The notes under the pieces are model-generated. The model saw only the letters and a program-made list of their open reading frames with translations, had not been told where the DNA came from and searched no databases. Shown here one piece after another: positions 12,401-27,411 of a DNA stretch of 37,160 nucleotides; position 1 is the first letter of the stretch, and each line of letters starts with the position of its first letter. The stretch comes from Nemertoderma westbladi. Lineage: Eukaryota > Animalia > Xenacoelomorpha. The translations under genes were made by a program, and so were the position numbers. The stretch covers positions 1-37,160 of the forward strand of contig JAUCBJ010005691.1 of assembly GCA_032718475.1 (NCBI GenBank). Direction: 5' to 3'.

Positions 12401-15400
12401 GATACAACATTGGTTTATCCTAAATGATACAACATTGGTTTATCCTAAATGATACAAAAACATTGGTTTATCCTAAATGATACAACAACATTGGTCTATC
12501 CTAAATGATACAATAATGGTTTATCCTAAATGATACAACATTGGTTTATCCTAAATGATACAACAACATTGGTTTATCCTAAATGATACAACATTGGTCT
12601 ATCCTAAATGATACAACATTGGTTTATCCTAAATGATACAACATTGGTTTATCCTAAATGATACTGTACAACATTGGTTTATCCTAAATGATACAACAAC
12701 ATTGGTCTATCCTAAATGATACAACAACATTGGTCTATCCTAAATGATACAACATTGTTTATCCTAAATGATACAACATTGGTTTATCCTAAATGATACA
12801 ACATTGGTTTATCCTAAATGATACAACATTGGTTTATCCTAAATGATACAACAACATTGGTTTATCCTAAATGATACAACATTGGTTTATCCTAAATGAT
12901 AGAACAACATTGGTTTATCCTAAATGATACAACATTGGTTTATCCTAAATGATAGAACATTGGTTTATCCTAAATGATACAACATTGGTTTATCCTAAAT
13001 GATACAACAACATTGGTTTATCCTAAATGATAGAACATTGGTTTATCCTAAATGATACAACATTGGTTTATCCTAAATGATAGAACATTGGTTTATCCTA
13101 AATGATAGAACATTGGTTTATCCTAAATGATACAACAACATTGGTTTATCCTAAATGATACAACATTGGTTTATCCTAAATGATACAACATTGGTTTATC
13201 CTAAATGATAGAACATTGGTTTATCCTAAATGATACATCATTGGTTTATCCTAAATGATACAACAACATTGGTTTATCCTAAATGATAGAACATTGGTTT
13301 ATCCTAAATGATACAACATTGGTTTATCCTAAATGATAGAACATTGGTTTATCCTAAATGATAGAACATTGGTTTATCCTAAATGATACAACATTGGTTT
13401 ATCCTAAATGATACAACATTGGTTTATCCTAAATGATACAACATTAGTTTATCCTAAATGATAGAACAACATTGGTTTATCCTAAATGATAGAACATTGG
13501 TTTATCCTAAATGATAGAACATTGGTTTATCCTAAATGATAGAACATTGGTTTATCCTAAATGATACAACATTGGTTTATCCTAAATGATAGAACAACAT
13601 TGGTTTATCCTAAATGATACAACATTGGTTTATCCTAAATGATACAACAACATTGGTTTATCCTAAATGATAGAACATTGGTTTATCCTAAATGATACAA
13701 CATTGGTTTATCCTAAATGATAGAACATTGGTTTATCCTAAATGATACAACAACATTGGTTTATCCTAAATGATACAACATTGGTTTATCCTAAATGATA
13801 GAACATTGGTTTATCCTAAATGATACTGTACAACATTGGTTTATCCTAAATGATACAACATTGGTTTATCCTGAATGATACAACAACATTGGTTTATCCT
13901 AAATGATACAACATTGGTTTATCCTAAATGATACAACAACATTGGTTTATCCTAAATGATACAACAACATTGGTTTATCCTAAATGATACAACAACATTG
14001 GTTTATCCTAAATGATACAACATTGGTTTATCCTAAATGATACAACATTGGTTTATCCTAAATGATACAACAACATTGGTTTATCCTAAATGATACAACA
14101 TTGGTTTATCCTAAATGATACAACATTAGTATATCCTAAATGATACAACATTGGTATATCCTAAATGATACAACATTGGTTTATCCTAAATGATACAACA
14201 TTGGTTTATCCTAAATGATACAACATTGGTTTATCCTAAATGATACAACATTGGTTTATAACTAAATGATACAACATTGGTTTATCCTAAATGATACAAT
14301 ATTGGTTTATCCTAAATGATACAACAACATTGGTTTATCCTAAATGATACAACATTGGTTTATCCTAAATGATACAACAACATTGGTTTATCCTAAATGA
14401 TACAACAACATTAGTTTATCCTAAATGATACAACATTGGTTTATCCTAAATGATACAACAACATTGGTTTATCCTAAATGATACAACATTGGTTTATCCT
14501 AAATGATACAACATTGGTTTATAACTAAATGATACAACATTGGTATATCCCAAATGATACAACATTGGTATATCCTAAATGATACAACATTGGTTTATCC
14601 TAAATGATACAACATTGGTTTATCCTAAATGATACAACATTGGTTTATCCTAAATGATACAACATTGGTTTATAACTAAATGATACAACATTGGTTTATC
14701 CTAAATGATACAATAACATTGGTATATCCTAAATGATACAACGTTGGTTAATCCTAAATGATACAACATTGGTTTATCCTAAATGATACAACATTGGTTT
14801 ATCCTAAATGATACAACAACATTGGTTTATCCTAAATGATACAACAACATTGGTTTATCCTAAATGATACAACAACATTGGTTTATCCTAAATGATACAA
14901 CAACATTGGTTTATCCTAAATGATACAACATTGGTTTATCCTAAATGATACAACATTGGTTTATCCTGAATGATACAACAACATTGGTTTATCCTAAATG
15001 ATACAACATTGGTTTATCCTAAATGATACAACAACATTGGTTTATCCTAAATGATACAACAACATTGGTTTATCCTAAATGATACAACAACATTGGTTTA
15101 TCCTAAATGATACAACATTGGTTTATCCTAAATGATACAACATTGGTTTATCCTAAATGATACAACAACATTGGTTTATCCTAAATGATACAACATTGGT
15201 TTATCCTAAATGATACAACATTAGTATATCCTAAATGATACAACATTGGTATATCCTAAATGATACAACATTGGTTTATCCTAAATGATACAACATTGGT
15301 TTATCCTAAATGATACAACATTGGTTTATCCTAAATGATACAACATTGGTTTATCCTAAATGATACAACATTGGTTTATCCTAAATGATACAACATTGGT

Positions 15401-18400
15401 TTATCCTAAATGATACAACAACATTGGTTTATCCTAAATGATACAACATTGGTTTATCCTAAAATATACAACATTGGTTTATCCTAAATGATACAACATT
15501 GGTTTATCCTAAATGATACAACATTGGTTTATCCTAAATGATACAACAACATTGGTTTATCCTAAATGATACAACAACATTGGTTTATCCTAAATGATAC
15601 AACAACATTGGTTTATCCTAAATGATACAACATTGGTTTATCCTAAATGATACAACAACATTGGTTTATCCTAAATGATACAACAACATTGGTTTATCCT
15701 AAAATATACAACATTGGTATATCCCAAATGATACAACATTGGTTTATCCTAAATGATACAACATTGGTTTATCCTAAATGATACAACAACATTGGTTTAT
15801 CCTAAATGATACAACAACATTAGTTTATCCTAAATGATACAACATTGGTTTATCCTAAATGATACAACAACATTGGTTTATCCTAAATGATACAACATTG
15901 GTTTATCCTAAAAGATACAACAACATTCGTTTATCCTAAATGATACAACATTTGTATATCCCAAATGATACAACATTGGTATATCCTAAATGATACAACA
16001 TTGGTTTATCCTAAATGATACAACATTGGTTTATCCTAAATGATACAACATTGGTTTATCCTAAATGATACAACATTGGTTTATAACTAAATGATACAAC
16101 ATTGGTTTATCCTAAATGATACAACAACATTGGTTTATCCTAAATGATACAACATTGGTTAATCCTAAATGATACAACATTGGTTTATCCTAAATGATAC
16201 AACATTGGTTTATCCTAAATGATACAACAACATTGGTTTATCCTAAATGATACAACAACATTGGTTTATCCTAAATGATACAATAACATTGGTTTATCCT
16301 AAATGATACAACATTGGTTTATCCTAAATGATACAACATTGGTTTATCCTAAATGATACAATAATGGTTTATCCTAAATGATACAACATTGGTCTATCCT
16401 AAATGATACAACATCGGTCTATCCTAAATGATACAAAAACATTGGTTTATCCTAAATGATAGAACATTGGTTTATCCTAAATGATACAACATTGGTTTAT
16501 CCTAAATGATACAATAATGGTTTATCCTAAATGATACAACATTGGTCTATCCTAAATGATACAACATCGGTCTATCCTAAATGATACAAAAACATTGGTT
16601 TATCCTAAATGATACAACATTGGTTTATCCTAAATGATACAACATTGGTTTATCCTAAATGATACAACAACATTGGTTTATCCTAAATGATACTGTACAA
16701 CATTGGTTTATCCTAAATGATACAACAACATTGGTCTATCCTAAATGATACAACATTGGTTTATCCTAAATGATACAACATTGGTTTATCCTAAATGATA
16801 CAACATTGGTTTATCCTGAATGATACAACATTGGTTTATCCTAAATGATACAACATTGATTTATCCTAAATGATACAACATTGGTTTATCCTAAATGATA
16901 CAACAACATTGGTTTATCCTAAATGATACAACATTGGTTTATCCTAAATGATACAACATTGGTTTATCCTAAATGATACAACATTGGTTTATCCTAAATG
17001 ATACAACATTGGTTTATCCTAAATGATACAACATTGGTTTATCCTAAATGATACAACATTGGTTTATCCTAAATGATACAACAACATTGGTTTATCCTAA
17101 ATGATACAACATTGGTTTATCCTAAATGATACAACAACATTGGTTTATCCTAAATGATACAAAAACATTGGTTTATCCTAAATGATACAACATTGGTTTA
17201 TCCTAAATGATACAACATTGGTTTATCCTAAATGATACAACAACATTGGTTTATCCTAAATTATACAACATTGGTTTATCCTAAATGATACAACAACATT
17301 GGTCTATCCTAAATGATACAACATTGGTTTATCCTGAATGATACAACAACATTGGTTTATCCTAAATGATACAACAACATTGGTTTATCCTAAATGATAC
17401 AAAAACATTGGTTTATCCTAAATGATACAAAAACATTGGTTTATCCTAAATGATACAAAAACATTGGTTTATCCTAAATGATACAAAAACATTGGTTTAT
17501 CCTAAATGATACAACATTGGTTTATCCTAAATGATACAACATTGGTTTATCCTAAATGATACAACATTGGTTTATCCTAAATGATACAACATTGGTTTAT
17601 CCTAAATGATACAACAACATTGGTTTATCCTAAATGATACAACATTGGTTTATCCTAAATGATACAACAACATTGGTCTATCCTAAATGATACAACATTG
17701 GTTTATCCTGAATGATACAACAACATTGGTTTATCCTAAATGATACAACAACATTGGTTTATCCTAAATGATACAAAAACATTGGTTTATCCTAAATGAT
17801 ACAAAAACATTGGTTTATCCTAAATGATACAACATTGGTTTATCCTAAATGATACAACATTGGTTTATCCTAAATGATACAACAACATTGGTTTATCCTA
17901 AATGATACAACATTGGTTTATCCTAAATGATACAACATTGGTTTATCCTAAATGATACAACAACATTGGTTTATCCTAAATGATACAACATTGGTTTATC
18001 CTAAATGATACAACAACATTGGTCTATCCTAAATGATACAACATTGGTTTATCCTGAATGATACAACAACATTGGTTTATCCTAAATGATACAACAACAT
18101 TGGTTTATCCTAAATGATACAAAAACATTGGTTTATCCTAAATGATACAAAAACATTGGTTTATCCTAAATGATACAACATTGGTTTATCCTAAATGATA
18201 CAACATTGGTTTATCCTAAATGATACAACAACATTGGTTTATCCTAAATGATACAAAATTGGTTTATCCTAAATGATACAACAACATTGGTCTATCCTAA
18301 ATGATACAACATTGGTTTATCCTGAATGATACAACAACATTGGTTTATCCTAAATGATACTGTACAACATTGGTTTATCCTAAATGAAACAACAACATTG

Positions 18401-21400
18401 GTTTATCCTAAATGATACAACATTGGTTTATCCTAAATGATACTGTACAACATTGGTTTATCCTAAATGATACAACAACATTGGTTTATCCTAAATGATA
18501 CAAAAACGTTGGTTTATCCTAAATGATACAAAAACATTGGTTTATCCTAAATGATACAAAAACATTGGTTTATCCTAAATGATACAAAAACATTGGTTTA
18601 TCCTAAATGATACAACATTGGTTTATCCTAAATGATACAACATTGGTTTATCCTAAATGATACAACATTGGTTTATCCTAAATGATACAACATTGGTTTA
18701 TCCTAAATGATACAACAACATTGGTTTATCCTAAATGATACAACATTGGTTTATCCTAAATGATACAACAACATTGGTCTATCCTAAATGATACAACATT
18801 GGTTTATCCTGAATGATACAACAACATTGGTTTATCCTAAATGATACAACAACATTGGTTTATCCTAAATGATACAAAAACATTGGTTTATCCTAAATGA
18901 TACAAAAACATTGGTTTATCCTAAATGATACAACATTGGTTTATCCTAAATGATACAACATTGGTTTATCCTAAATGATACAACAACATTGGTTTATCCT
19001 AAATGATACAACATTGGTTTATCCTAAATGATACAACATTGGTTTATCCTAAATGATACAACAACATTGGTTTATCCTAAATGATACAACATTGGTTTAT
19101 CCTAAATGATACAACAACATTGGTCTATCCTAAATGATACAACATTGGTTTATCCTGAATGATACAACAACATTGGTTTATCCTAAATGATACAACAACA
19201 TTGGTTTATCCTAAATGATACAAAAACATTGGTTTATCCTAAATGATACAAAAACATTGGTTTATCCTAAATGATACAAAATTGGTTTATCCTAAATGAT
19301 ACAACAACATTGGTCTATCGTAAATGATACAACATTGGTTTATCCTGAATGATACAACAACATTGGTTTATCCTAAATGATACTGTACAACATTGGTTTA
19401 TCCTAAATGAAACAACAACATTGGTTTATCCTAAATGATACAACATTGGTTTATCCTAAATGATACTGTACAACATTGGTTTATCCTAAATGATACAACA
19501 TTGGTTTATCCTAAATGATACAACAACATTGGTTTATCCTAAATGATACAACATTGGTTTATCTAAATGATACAACATTGGTTTATCCTAAATGATACAA
19601 CAACATTGGTTTATCGTAAATGATACAACAACATTGGTTTATCCTAAAAGATACAAGAACATTCCTTTATCCTAAATGATACAACATTGGTATATGCTAA
19701 ATGATACAACATTGGTATATCCTAAATGATACAACATTGGTTTATCCTAAATGATACAACAACATTGGTTTATCCTAAATGATACAACAACATTGGTTTA
19801 TCCTAAATGATACTGTACAACATTAGTTTATAGTTTATCCTAAATGATACAACAACATTGGTCTATCCTAAATGATACAACATTGGTTTATCCTAAATAA
19901 TACAACATTGGTTTATCCTAAATGATACAACATTGGTTTATCCTAAATGATACAACATTGGTTAATACTAAATGATACAACAACATTGGTTTATCCTAAA
20001 AGATACAAGAACATTCCTTTATCCTAAATGATACAACATTGGTATATCCTAAATGATACAACATTGGTATATACTAAATGATACAACATTGGTTTATCCT
20101 AAATGATACAACATTGGTTTATCCTAAATGATACAACATTGGTTTATCCTAAATGATACAACAACATTGGTTTATCCTAAATGATACAACATTGGTTTAT
20201 CCTAAATGATACAACAACATTGGTTTATCCTAAATGATACAACATTGGTTTATCCTAAAAGATACAACAACATTCGTTTATCCTAAATGATACAACATTG
20301 GTATATCCTAAAAGATACAACATTGGTTTATCCTAAATGATACAACATTGGTTTATCCTAAATGATACAACATTGGTTTATCCTAAATGATACAACAACA
20401 TTGGTCTATCCTAAATGATACAACATTGGTTTATCCTAAATGATACAACATTGGTTTATCCTAAATGATACAACATTGGTTTATCCTAAATGATACAACA
20501 TTGGTCTATCCTAAATGATACAACAACATTGATTTATCCTAAATGATACAATAATGGTTTATCCTAAATGATACAACATTGGTTTATCCTAAATGATACA
20601 ACAACATTGGTTTATCCTAAATGATACAACAACATTGGTTTATCCTAAATGATACAACAACATTGGTTTATCCTAAATGATACAACAACATTGGTTTATC
20701 CTAAATGATACAACATTGGTTTATCCTAAATGATACAACATTGGTTTATCATAAATGATACAACAACATTGGTTTATCCTAAATGATACAACATTGGTTT
20801 ATCCTAAATGATACAACAACATTGGTTTATCCTAAATGATACAACATTGGTTTATCATAAATGATACAACAACATTGGTTTATCCTAAATGATACAATAA
20901 TGGTTTATCCTAAATGATACAACATTGGTTTATCCTAAATGATACAACAACATTGGTTTATCCTAAATGATACAACATTGGTTTATCCTAAATGATACTG
21001 TACAACATTGGTTTATCCTAAATGATACAACAACATTGGTTTATCCTAAATGATACAACAACGTTGGTTTATCCTAAATGATACAAAAACATTGGTTTAT
21101 CCTAAATGATACAAAAACATTGGTTTATCCTAAATGATACAAAAACATTGGTTTATCCTAAATGATACAACATTGGTTTATCCTAAATGATACAACATTG
21201 GTTTATCCTAAATGATACAACATTGGTTTATCCTAAATGATACAACATTGGTTTATCCTAAATGATACAACAACATTGGTTTATCCTAAATGATACAACA
21301 TTGGTTTATCCTAAATGATACAACAACATTGGTCTATCCTAAATGATACAACATTGGTTTATCCTGAATGATACAACAACATTGGTTTATCCTAAATGAT

Positions 21401-24330
21401 ACAACAACATTGGTTTATCCTAAATGATACAAAAACATTGGTTTATCCTAAATGATACAAAAACATTGGTTTATCCTAAATGATACAACATTGGTTTATC
21501 CTAAATGATACAACATTGGTTTATCCTAAATGATACAACAACATTGGTTTATCCTAAATGATACAACATTGGTTTATCCTAAATGATACAACATTGGTTT
21601 ATCCTAAATGATACAACAACATTGGTTTATCCTAAATGATACAACATTGGTTTATCCTAAATGATACAACAACATTGGTCTATCCTAAATGATACAACAT
21701 TGGTTTATCCTGAATGATACAACAACATTGGTTTATCCTAAATGATACAACAACATTGGTTTATCCTAAATGATACAAAAACATTGGTTTATCCTAAATG
21801 ATACAAAAACATTGGTTTATCCTAAATGATACAACATTGGTTTATCCTAAATGATACAACATTGGTTTATCCTAAATGATACAACAACATTGGTTTATCC
21901 TAAATGATACAAAATTGGTTTATCCTAAATGATACAACAACATTGGTCTATCGTAAATGATACAACATTGGTTTATCCTGAATGATACAACAACATTGGT
22001 TTATCCTAAATGATACTGTACAACATTGGTTTATCCTAAATGAAACAACAACATTGGTTTATCCTAAATGATACAACATTGGTTTATCCTAAATGATACT
22101 GTACAACATTGGTTTATCCTAAATGATACAACATTGGTTTATCCTAAATGATACAACAACATTGGTTTATCCTAAATGATACAACATTGGTTTATCTAAA
22201 TGATACAACATTGGTTTATCCTAAATGATACAACAACATTGGTTTATCGTAAATGATACAACAACATTGGTTTATCCTAAAAGATACAAGAACATTCCTT
22301 TATCCTAAATGATACAACATTGGTATATGCTAAATGATACAACATTGGTATATCCTAAATGATACAACATTGGTTTATCCTAAATGATACAACAACATTG
22401 GTTTATCCTAAATGATACAACAACATTGGTTTATCCTAAATGATACTGTACAACATTAGTTTATAGTTTATCCTAAATGATACAACAACATTGGTCTATC
22501 CTAAATGATACAACATTGGTTTATCCTAAATAATACAACATTGGTTTATCCTAAATGATACAACATTGGTTTATCCTAAATGATACAACATTGGTTAATA
22601 CTAAATGATACAACAACATTGGTTTATCCTAAAAGATACAAGAACATTCCTTTATCCTAAATGATACAACATTGGTATATCCTAAATGATACAACATTGG
22701 TATATCCTAAATGATACAACATTGGTTTATCCTAAATGATACAACATTGGTTTATCCTAAATGATACAACATTGGTTTATCCTAAATGATACAACAACAT
22801 TGGTTTATCCTAAATGATACAACATTGGTTTATCCTAAATGATACAACAACATTGGTTTATCCTAAATGATACAACATTGGTTTATCCTAAAAGATACAA
22901 CAACATTCGTTTATCCTAAATGATACAACATTGGTATATCCTAAAAGATACAACATTGGTTTATCCTAAATGATACAACATTGGTTTATCCTAAATGATA
23001 CAACATTGGTTTATCCTAAATGATACAACAACATTGGTCTATCCTAAATGATACAACATTGGTTTATCCTAAATGATACAACATTGGTTTATCCTAAATG
23101 ATACAACATTGGTTTATCCTAAATGATACAACATTGGTCTATCCTAAATGATACAACAACATTGATTTATCCTAAATGATACAATAATGGTTTATCCTAA
23201 ATGATACAACATTGGTTTATCCTAAATGATACAACAACATTGGTTTATCCTAAATGATACAACAACATTGGTTTATCCTAAATGATACAACAACATTGGT
23301 TTATCCTAAATGATACAACAACATTGGTTTATCCTAAATGATACAACATTGGTTTATCCTAAATGATACAACATTGGTTTATCATAAATGATACAACAAC
23401 ATTGGTTTATCCTAAATGATACAACATTGGTTTATCCTAAATGATACAACAACATTGGTTTATCCTAAATGATACAACATTGGTTTATCATAAATGATAC
23501 AACAACATTGGTTTATCCTAAATGATACAACATTGGTTTATCCTAAATGATACAACATTGGTTTATCATAAATGATACAACAACATTGGTTTATCCTAAA
23601 TGATACAATAATGGTTTATCCTAAATGATACAACATTGGTTTATCCTAAATGATACAACAACATTGGTTTATCCTAAATGATACAACATTGGTTTATCCT
23701 AAATGATACAACATTGGTTTACCATAAATGATACAACAACATTGGTTTATCCTAAATGATACAACATTGGTTTATCATAAATGATACAACAATATTGGTT
23801 TATCCTAAATGATACAACATTGGTTTATCCTAAATGATACAACATTGGTTTATCCTAAATGATACAACATTGGTTTATCCTAAATGATACAACATTGGTT
23901 TATCCTAAATGATACAACATTGGTTTATCCTAAATGATACAACATTGGTTTATCCTAAATGATACAACATTGGTTTATCCTAAATGATACAACATTGGTT
24001 TATCCTAAATGATACAACAACATTGGTTTATCCTAAATGATACAACATTGGTTTATCCTAAATGATACAACATTGGTTTATCCTAAATGATACAACATTG
24101 GTTTATCCTAAATGATACAACAACATTGGTTTATCCTAAATGATTATGGACATTAGTTTATCCTAAATGATACAACAACATTGGTTTATCCTAAATGATA
24201 CAACATTGGTTTATCCTAAATGATACAACATTGGTTTATCCTAAATGATACAACATTGGTTTATCCTAAATGATACAACAACATTGGTTTATCCTAAATG
24301 ATTATGGACATTAGTTTATCCTAAATGATT
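6412..24330. repeat. Intronic 25/28-bp satellite, about 17.9 kb (roughly 680-700 units, estimated from length), derived from the ARSB-like splice acceptor/exon junction
   Basis: Plus-strand unit ACATTGGTTTATCCTAAATGATACA(ACA). On the gene strand it reads GATAAACCAATG(TTG)TTGTATCATTTAG, matching exon start GATAAACCGATGTTCTTGTATC plus acceptor ATTTAG. Confidence 0.97.
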
Positions 24331-24356
24331 ATGGACATATAGTTTTCAACATTTAC

Positions 24357-24471
24357 CTTTGGGTGTTTTTCAATGAGATTTTTCGCTTTTTCGACAAAGA
24401 GTGTCGTTGAATAAGTGCCATTCTCGCTCCCTACAGGACGCCCGTTCTCATTTAAATCTATTCCAGAACTC
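24357..24471 (-). CDS. ARSB: Arylsulfatase B-like internal exon (115 nt)
   Basis: tattttcag| SSGIDLNENGRPVGSENGTYSTTLFVEKAKNLIEKHPK |gtaaat. YST.LF...A..LI..H motif; phase 0 joins DKPMFLYL. Confidence 0.92.
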
Positions 24472-24592
24472 CTGAAAATAATAAAAGCGAATATTCATCC
24501 ATCACACAGATTACCATTAATTATTATACTGTATCATAGATAAAAATATTATTGAGTTACTAACAGTTTACCGTATTTTATGTTTTACTTAC

Positions 24593-24661
24593 GCGAACAG
24601 GGATGTTACATGGGTGAAATAATCTGAGTAGGCATTGAAGAAACCGTAGAAATAATCGAAT
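24593..24661 (-). CDS. ARSB: Arylsulfatase B-like internal exon (69 nt)
   Basis: attctccag| (G)FDYFYGFFNAYSDYFTHVTSLF(A) |gtaagt. RGFD.FYG....DY.TH motif; phases are consistent with both neighbours. Confidence 0.92.
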
Positions 24662-24745
24662 CTGGAGAATAATGAAATATTTATCACAACCAATATATTA
24701 ATTAATTGTTTGAAGTAGTTCCCCGCCTTGAGCACCGTAGTATAC

Positions 24746-25787
24746 ATAATAAAGGAAGGATAAAGTGATCTTTAGGTGCCGCTGTAATTATTATATAAAT
24801 GCCAGATATTTCAACCCAAAATTGTAAATGTGGACAAATACAATTAAACAGGCCTTCTTCAGTGGCTCTGGTACCTAATGAACCTAACTACGGAGCAACA
24901 CCAGAACAAATAGTACCGGTATCATATAAAATACTGCACATACAGTATGTGCAGGACCAATTACAACGTTTGTGTACGTGTTATTAAATGCTAACTACTG
25001 TATAAATATCAAAGATCAAAAGGGGGTTGCTAGCTAGAATTTTGTGTGCGTGTATTGGAATGTAAAAGAAATGCTAACTACTGAACAAATACGAAAATAT
25101 ATGAAAGAATTGCTAACTACTGTATAAATTGCACCAACTTTAGGTTAGCATCCTTTGTCGTGGGGCCCACTGTACTGGCGAGGTAGAGGAATTACGGAAA
25201 ATTACATAGGGGAGAGCATGGGGGCGGATTAGGTACCGCATGATGAAACACGGCAACTCAGTACGCAATGTCAACCGGAAGGATGCGATAGGGGAACACT
25301 TCCTAGATAAACATCCAAGGTGCAAGAACTACTAGGGACCTTTCAGAATTATTTTAAGATACAAATGCAGGAACTGGGCGGACCGGAAAATCAGGGAATT
25401 ATTTCATATATTTTCATATTTTATACAGTAGTTAGCATTTCTTTTATATTACAATACACGTACACAAAATTCTAGCTAGCAACCCCCTTTTGATCTTTGA
25501 TATTTATACAGTAGTTAGCATTTAATAACACGTACACAAACGTTGTAATTGATCCTGCACATACTGTATGTGCAGTATTTTATATGACACCGGTACTATT
25601 TGTTCTGCTGTTGCTCGGTCCGGTCGTGTTGTAGAGTTTCCGTAGTTAGGTTCATTAGGTACCAGAGCCACTGACGAAGGCCTGTTTAATTGTGTTTGTC
25701 CACATTTACAATTTTTGGTTGAAATATCTGGCATTTGTATAATAATTACAGCGGCACCTAAATATCACTTTATCCTTCCTTTATTAT
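24746..25787. mobile_element. Foldback/MITE-like element with about 365-390 bp inverted arms, in an ARSB-like intron
   Basis: 24746-25111 is the near reverse complement of 25397-25787 (ATAATAAAGGAAGGATAAAGTGAT... / ...ATCACTTTATCCTTCCTTTATTAT); about 285 bp spacer; TA-rich flanks; no transposase. Confidence 0.85.
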
Positions 25788-25933
25788 ATATTAATTAAGG
25801 AAACTCTTTTAGAGGGAAGGTTACATTATTCTAACCAAAACAACGGACGATAGGCAATAACACAAAGTTACAGGTTTACTAGTAATTTTATTTTCATCTC
25901 GTCTACAATAACTAACTTTGAAACTAAACTAAC

Positions 25934-26114
25934 CCCCGTTGGTTTGGCAGACACTCCTCCCTACAGAAGCCTTGGTGCCATTTCCCAACCATGTAGGTAG
26001 AATACCCCGCCTCTTTGAGGTATTGTGGTAGAGTTTTAACCTGCAGAGGCAGACAGGCGGGCTGAGTAGGTAGGATAACGAGGTGTTGTAACCCCAGGTG
26101 GATAGGATGTCTTC
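25934..26114 (-). CDS. ARSB: Arylsulfatase B-like internal exon (181 nt)
   Basis: ctttctcgtttaatag| (G)[60 protein letters not shown] |gttagt. Sulfatase signature GY.T.MVGKWH. Confidence 0.93.
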
Positions 26115-26236
26115 CTATTAAACGAGAAAGATAATAATTCAACTCTTAACAAGTTGATTATACAGTATGATTGTTTTTAATTAACCTGCTGGATAAACTT
26201 ACAACTGTGCAGAATTCAGCCAGTTGTAGAATTGTC

Positions 26237-27407
26237 TTAGGGGGGGGGTAGGGGGTAGCGTATTTTCTGACCAAAAATATCCTATCTGATGCAGAATTTC
26301 ATGCTGAATCCAAATATGAAAACCGTTTTCCCATATCTTGCTTAGTTTTCGAGATATTTGGGGTAGAAGATACTGGCTCCGATATATCGCGATATCGGTA
26401 AAGGAGATGAAGTTTGGGGTTTGCATTCAATTTCTGCCATTTTCTGTGCTCAGTGATGCTAATTGGATGTCACCACGAGAAAGAGCACAAAATTTTAATT
26501 AAGAATTGTATTTTTTCATGATTATTGGATCTACTGATCAGTTTATAAGACAACTTCAAGTCTCCGGAATGAAGACGGGACTCGAATAAGTGACTCTATG
26601 GTCTTTGCGGGATTACACGGAATAGACTTATCGGTCATCGGAGATCTTCAAAATGTATAATCTCCAGTTCTAGTGGTCGTACGGAGTTCGTTTTAGGTTC
26701 ATTCGAAAGCTCTTTTCTTAGAGATCAAAGTTTCTATTTGGTTTGGCAAACTCTTGAAAGCTGCCTGAGCAATCACAACTTGAACAAAATTTGCAAGGCA
26801 TATTTTACCCAAATTCATGTTATGTTGCTTCACAACCATTTTGTCTTAAATCAAATGGTAACTTTGTTCTCTAAGAAAAGAGCTTTCGAATGAGCCTAAA
26901 ACGAACTTCGTACGACCAATAGAACTGGAGATTATACATTTTGAAGATCTCCGATGACCGATAAGTCTATTCCGTGTAATCCCGCAAAGACCGCAGAGTC
27001 GCTTATTCGAGTCCTGTCTTCATTCCGGAGACTTGATGTTGTCTTATAAACAGACCTGCAGGTCCAATAATCATAAAAAAATACCTTCTCAATTAAAATT
27101 TTGTGCTCTTTCTCGTGGAGACATCCAATTGGCACCACTGAGCACAGAAATTTGCAGAAATTAAATGCAAAATATATCATAAATGATAAATAATAAACGT
27201 AAATAATATCGCCTTTACCGATATCGCGATATATCGGAGCCAGTATCTTCTATCCCAGCTATCTCGAAAACAAAGCAAGATATGGGAAAACGGTTTCCAT
27301 ATTTGGATTCAGCATGAAATTCTGCATCAGATAGGATATGATAAAAATTCGTCTTTTTGGTCAGAAAATGCGCTACCCCCCCCACCCCCCCCCCCCCCCC
27401 CCCTTAA
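26237..27407. mobile_element. Foldback non-autonomous DNA transposon, about 500-bp arms, G/C-run termini, TTAA on the right flank (Kolobok-like ends)
   Basis: GGGG...GTAGCGTATTTTCTGACCAAAAA versus TTTTTGGTCAGAAAATGCGCTACCCC...CCCTTAA. Arms pair from about 26240-26750 with 26840-27403; the left flank is degenerate (TTAG). Confidence 0.85.
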
Positions 27408-27411
27408 TGTT

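Noticed and set aside
6412-24330. Recursive splicing through the satellite
   Set aside because: Units read AG|GA, not AG|GT, so no donor is regenerated.
24799-25734. Pair of near-identical small ORFs (MPDIST...)
   Set aside because: Mirror images from the two arms of a foldback element; no recognisable domain.
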